From Erysipelothrix sp. UBA3377 (GTDB lineage: Bacteria; Bacillota_I; Bacilli_A; Erysipelotrichales; Erysipelotrichaceae): a stretch of 49,688 nt of DNA. The notes under the pieces were generated by a model, which ran no database searches, was not told where the DNA came from, and saw only the letters and a list, made by a program, of their open reading frames with translations. A program made the translations under genes and the position numbers. The stretch lies in assembly GCA_002359085.1 (NCBI GenBank), contig DEQB01000035.1, positions 1 through 49,688 on the forward strand. Direction: 5' to 3'. Shown here one piece after another: positions 47,355 through 49,688 of the stretch (position 1 is its first letter; every line of letters starts with the position of its first letter).

Positions 47355-49544
47355 TTACAATATTTTTCTTTCAACACGCACCACCGAGTCAACTTTTCGC
47401 AAGTTTGCGACTAAGTTACGCAAGTGTTGAGAGTCATTAACCACAACACGCAAGGTCGTGGTCACATGAATTTTATCTTCATCTATTTCAGAATTAACGG
47501 CTGTCAACTTCACCTTCAACTGAGAAGCTGTGGTCACAAGGTCAGTCAACAAGAAATTTCTATCGGTTGAGTATATACTTAAAACCGTTTCATAATCACC
47601 ATGGTCAAAGACATCTTCCCAATAAACATCCAACAAACGTTTGGTTTCATTTGCGATATTGGGACAATCTTTACGGTGTACCTTAACACCCTGAGCCTTG
47701 GTAACATACCCTACAATGTCATCACCATAAACGGGTGAACAACACTTGGACATAGAAACCATCATTGAATCTACACCTTTAACACGCACTCCCGTATCAC
47801 CTTGAGAACGTCTCTCTTTTGTGTTTTGAGATAACAACTTTTCAAAGCGTTCTGAATCTCCAACGGGTACTCTATGTACGGATAGTTTTTCAAACACAGA
47901 TTGAAGTGACAGTGATTTTGTAGCAATCGCAGCCATCAAATCATTTACCGTATTGACGGAAAACTGATTCAAGATATGTTCCAAACGTTTATTACTCTTT
48001 AATTCTTTCTCATCAAAATTACGGCGTTTGGCTTCCTCTTTGAACATTTGTTCACCCTTTTGAATCAAGGTTTCTTTTTCTTCAGAAGCAATGCGCAATA
48101 AATATTGACGAATTTTATTACGAGCATGACTTGTTTTAACTACCTTCAACCAATCCTCAGAAGGACCGGAATTTTTATTGGTAGAGATACTGACCACATC
48201 ACCGGTTTGAAGTGGTGTATTCAGCGGCACCAACGTACCATTCACAATGGAACCCACGGTTTGATGTCCGACCTCAGTATGAATACGATACGCAAAATCA
48301 ATGGGTGTTGCGCCATTGGGTAAATCAATAACACGACCCTTAGGCGTCATAACATAGATGTTCGCTTCAAAAATATCCCTTTGAAGCAAGTCCATAAAGT
48401 CCCCAGCATCTTCATCCATATCGTCTGTCATCATCTTGAAATCCTTAAACCACGCGAGACGGTCCTCAATTTCTTCAGAACCCTTAGTTGGACTCAGTGT
48501 CGTACCTTCTTTGTATCGCCAGTGGGCAGCAACCCCGCGTTCAGCAATCTCATCCATTTGATACGTTCTGATTTGTATTTCAAATATGGTACCCTCTTCT
48601 CCCACAATGGTAGTATGAAGCGATTGGTACATGTTTGATTTTGGCATTGCGATATAATCTTTAAGTCTTCCAGGAATGGGACGATAGTCAGCGTGAATAT
48701 AACCTAAGATTTCATAACAGTTCAATTCACTTTCAGTAATGATTCGAATTGCGAGTAAATCTAAAATTTGATCAAAACGACGTTGTCTGGTTTCCATTTT
48801 CTTATAAATACTATACAAATGTTTTGAACGACCAAAAATATTAAATTTAATACCATTTTTCGTTAAAAGCGATGATATATCCGTAATCATTTGCGTAATC
48901 TGAGCATCACGCTCTACTTTTCGCATTTCAACAAGGCGTGCAATTTCATAGTAGCGATCACGATGTAAATATTGGAAACTTAAATCTTCCAATTCATTCT
49001 TAATTTGCGCAATCCCCAATCTATGCGCAATGGGCGCATAAACATCCAAGGTTTCCTGTGCAATTTTCTTTTGTTTTTCAGGTGATTGAAATTGAAGTGT
49101 ACGCATATTATGAAGTCTGTCTACGAGTTTAACAAAAATAACACGAATATCTTTAGCCATTGCGATAAATATTTTTCTATGATTGGCTGCAAGATATTCT
49201 TTTTCATCTTTAAACTCAAGGGCCCCAATTTTGGTGACACTTGAAACTATCATGGCGACATCTTCACCAAACTGATCTTTCAGTTCAGATTCCAAAACAC
49301 CACTGTCTTCCACAACATCATGAAGCAAACCTGCCGCAATGGTTGTGGGTGACATGTGTAATTCAGCGAGAATTTGTGCAACGTTCAGTACGTGAATCAC
49401 AAAAGGCTCTCCACTTTTACGATATTGACCGGCATGTTTCTCGTCCGCAAAAACATAGGCATCATAAATGAGCTTTAAACTTTCTTCACTTTTAATGTAT
49501 TCTTTTGCTTTTGATAAAATACTTTCAATACTTACTCTTGACAT
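47355..49544 (-). CDS. relA: Bifunctional (p)ppGpp synthetase/hydrolase Rel
   Basis: HD domain (LLHDVVED), DRLHNMRTL, RLKDYIA, YQSLHT, TGS (DFAYRIHTEVG), CC and ACT domains. Confidence 0.98.
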   Translation of the reverse strand: MSRVSIESILSKAKEYIKSEESLKLIYDAYVFADEKHAGQYRKSGEPFVIHVLNVAQILAELHMSPTTIAAGLLHDVVEDSGVLESELKDQFGEDVAMIVSSVTKIGALEFKDEKEYLAANHRKIFIAMAKDIRVIFVKLVDRLHNMRTLQFQSPEKQKKIAQETLDVYAPIAHRLGIAQIKNELEDLSFQYLHRDRYYEIARLVEMRKVERDAQITQMITDISSLLTKNGIKFNIFGRSKHLYSIYKKMETRQRRFDQILDLLAIRIITESELNCYEILGYIHADYRPIPGRLKDYIAMPKSNMYQSLHTTIVGEEGTIFEIQIRTYQMDEIAERGVAAHWRYKEGTTLSPTKGSEEIEDRLAWFKDFKMMTDDMDEDAGDFMDLLQRDIFEANIYVMTPKGRVIDLPNGATPIDFAYRIHTEVGHQTVGSIVNGTLVPLNTPLQTGDVVSISTNKNSGPSEDWLKVVKTSHARNKIRQYLLRIASEEKETLIQKGEQMFKEEAKRRNFDEKELKSNKRLEHILNQFSVNTVNDLMAAIATKSLSLQSVFEKLSVHRVPVGDSERFEKLLSQNTKERRSQGDTGVRVKGVDSMMVSMSKCCSPVYGDDIVGYVTKAQGVKVHRKDCPNIANETKRLLDVYWEDVFDHGDYETVLSIYSTDRNFLLTDLVTTASQLKVKLTAVNSEIDEDKIHVTTTLRVVVNDSQHLRNLVANLRKVDSVVRVERKIL

Positions 49545-49564
49545 ATTCTCACCTCCTTATTGTT

Positions 49565-49592
49565 TTAAAAAACGAAGTATTCCACTTCGTTA
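49565..49592 (-). terminator. Hairpin/terminator between apt and rel
   Basis: AACGAAGT-N5-ACTTCGTT followed by TTTT on the minus strand. Confidence 0.55.
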
Positions 49593-49688
49593 TTAATAAT
49601 CTAAAATAGTATAGATGTCAATGTTCTCGAGTTTATCGCGACCCTTGAGTTCTAGCAATTCAATTAAGAATGCACACCCAACGACTGT
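49593..49688 (-). CDS. apt: Adenine phosphoribosyltransferase, C-terminal fragment
   Basis: Manual translation TVVGCAFLIELLELKGRDKLENIDIYTILDY*. apt-rel synteny. Confidence 0.88.
   Translation of the reverse strand, partial: TVVGCAFLIELLELKGRDKLENIDIYTILDY

Overview
Core-genome stretch from a low-GC Firmicute. Gene content, gene order and protein style suggest Erysipelothrix/Erysipelotrichaceae, but that is inference. Most genes lie on the minus strand: apt(partial)-rel, T-box-hisS-aspS, Met T-box-metQ, radC-mreC-mreD, an orphan ZnuA-fold lipoprotein, polA-mutM-coaE-dnaB-dnaI, pfkA-pyk-glcK-ampS, a RelB/RelE-like toxin-antitoxin pair, gpmI, a nucleoid protein-ypmB-dnaD-nth-murF-ddl run, gpsB-rnpB, rodZ-pgsA-recA, rny-ymdB-rnj-ftsK, tRNA-Leu(CAA), a lipocalin-like gene and a partial ABC ATPase. 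On the plus strand are recU-ponA-ltaS, a hemolysin III gene and a DUF1622 gene. I saw no CRISPR array, IS element, integrase or prophage. The most striking feature is a translationally coupled two-gene unit at 24136-27758. It encodes a GH73 peptidoglycan glucosaminidase with a clear C-terminal dockerin, followed by a membrane-anchored protein with an N-terminal cohesin-like beta-sandwich. This is a candidate non-cellulosomal cohesin-dockerin system tethering an autolysin to the cell's own membrane. Other notable points: MurF and Ddl both carry substitutions at normally conserved motifs, the ZnuA-fold lipoprotein lacks its His ligands, Nth/ROK/DnaI lack their metal-binding Cys motifs, and the hisS-aspS T-box has an atypical specifier loop.
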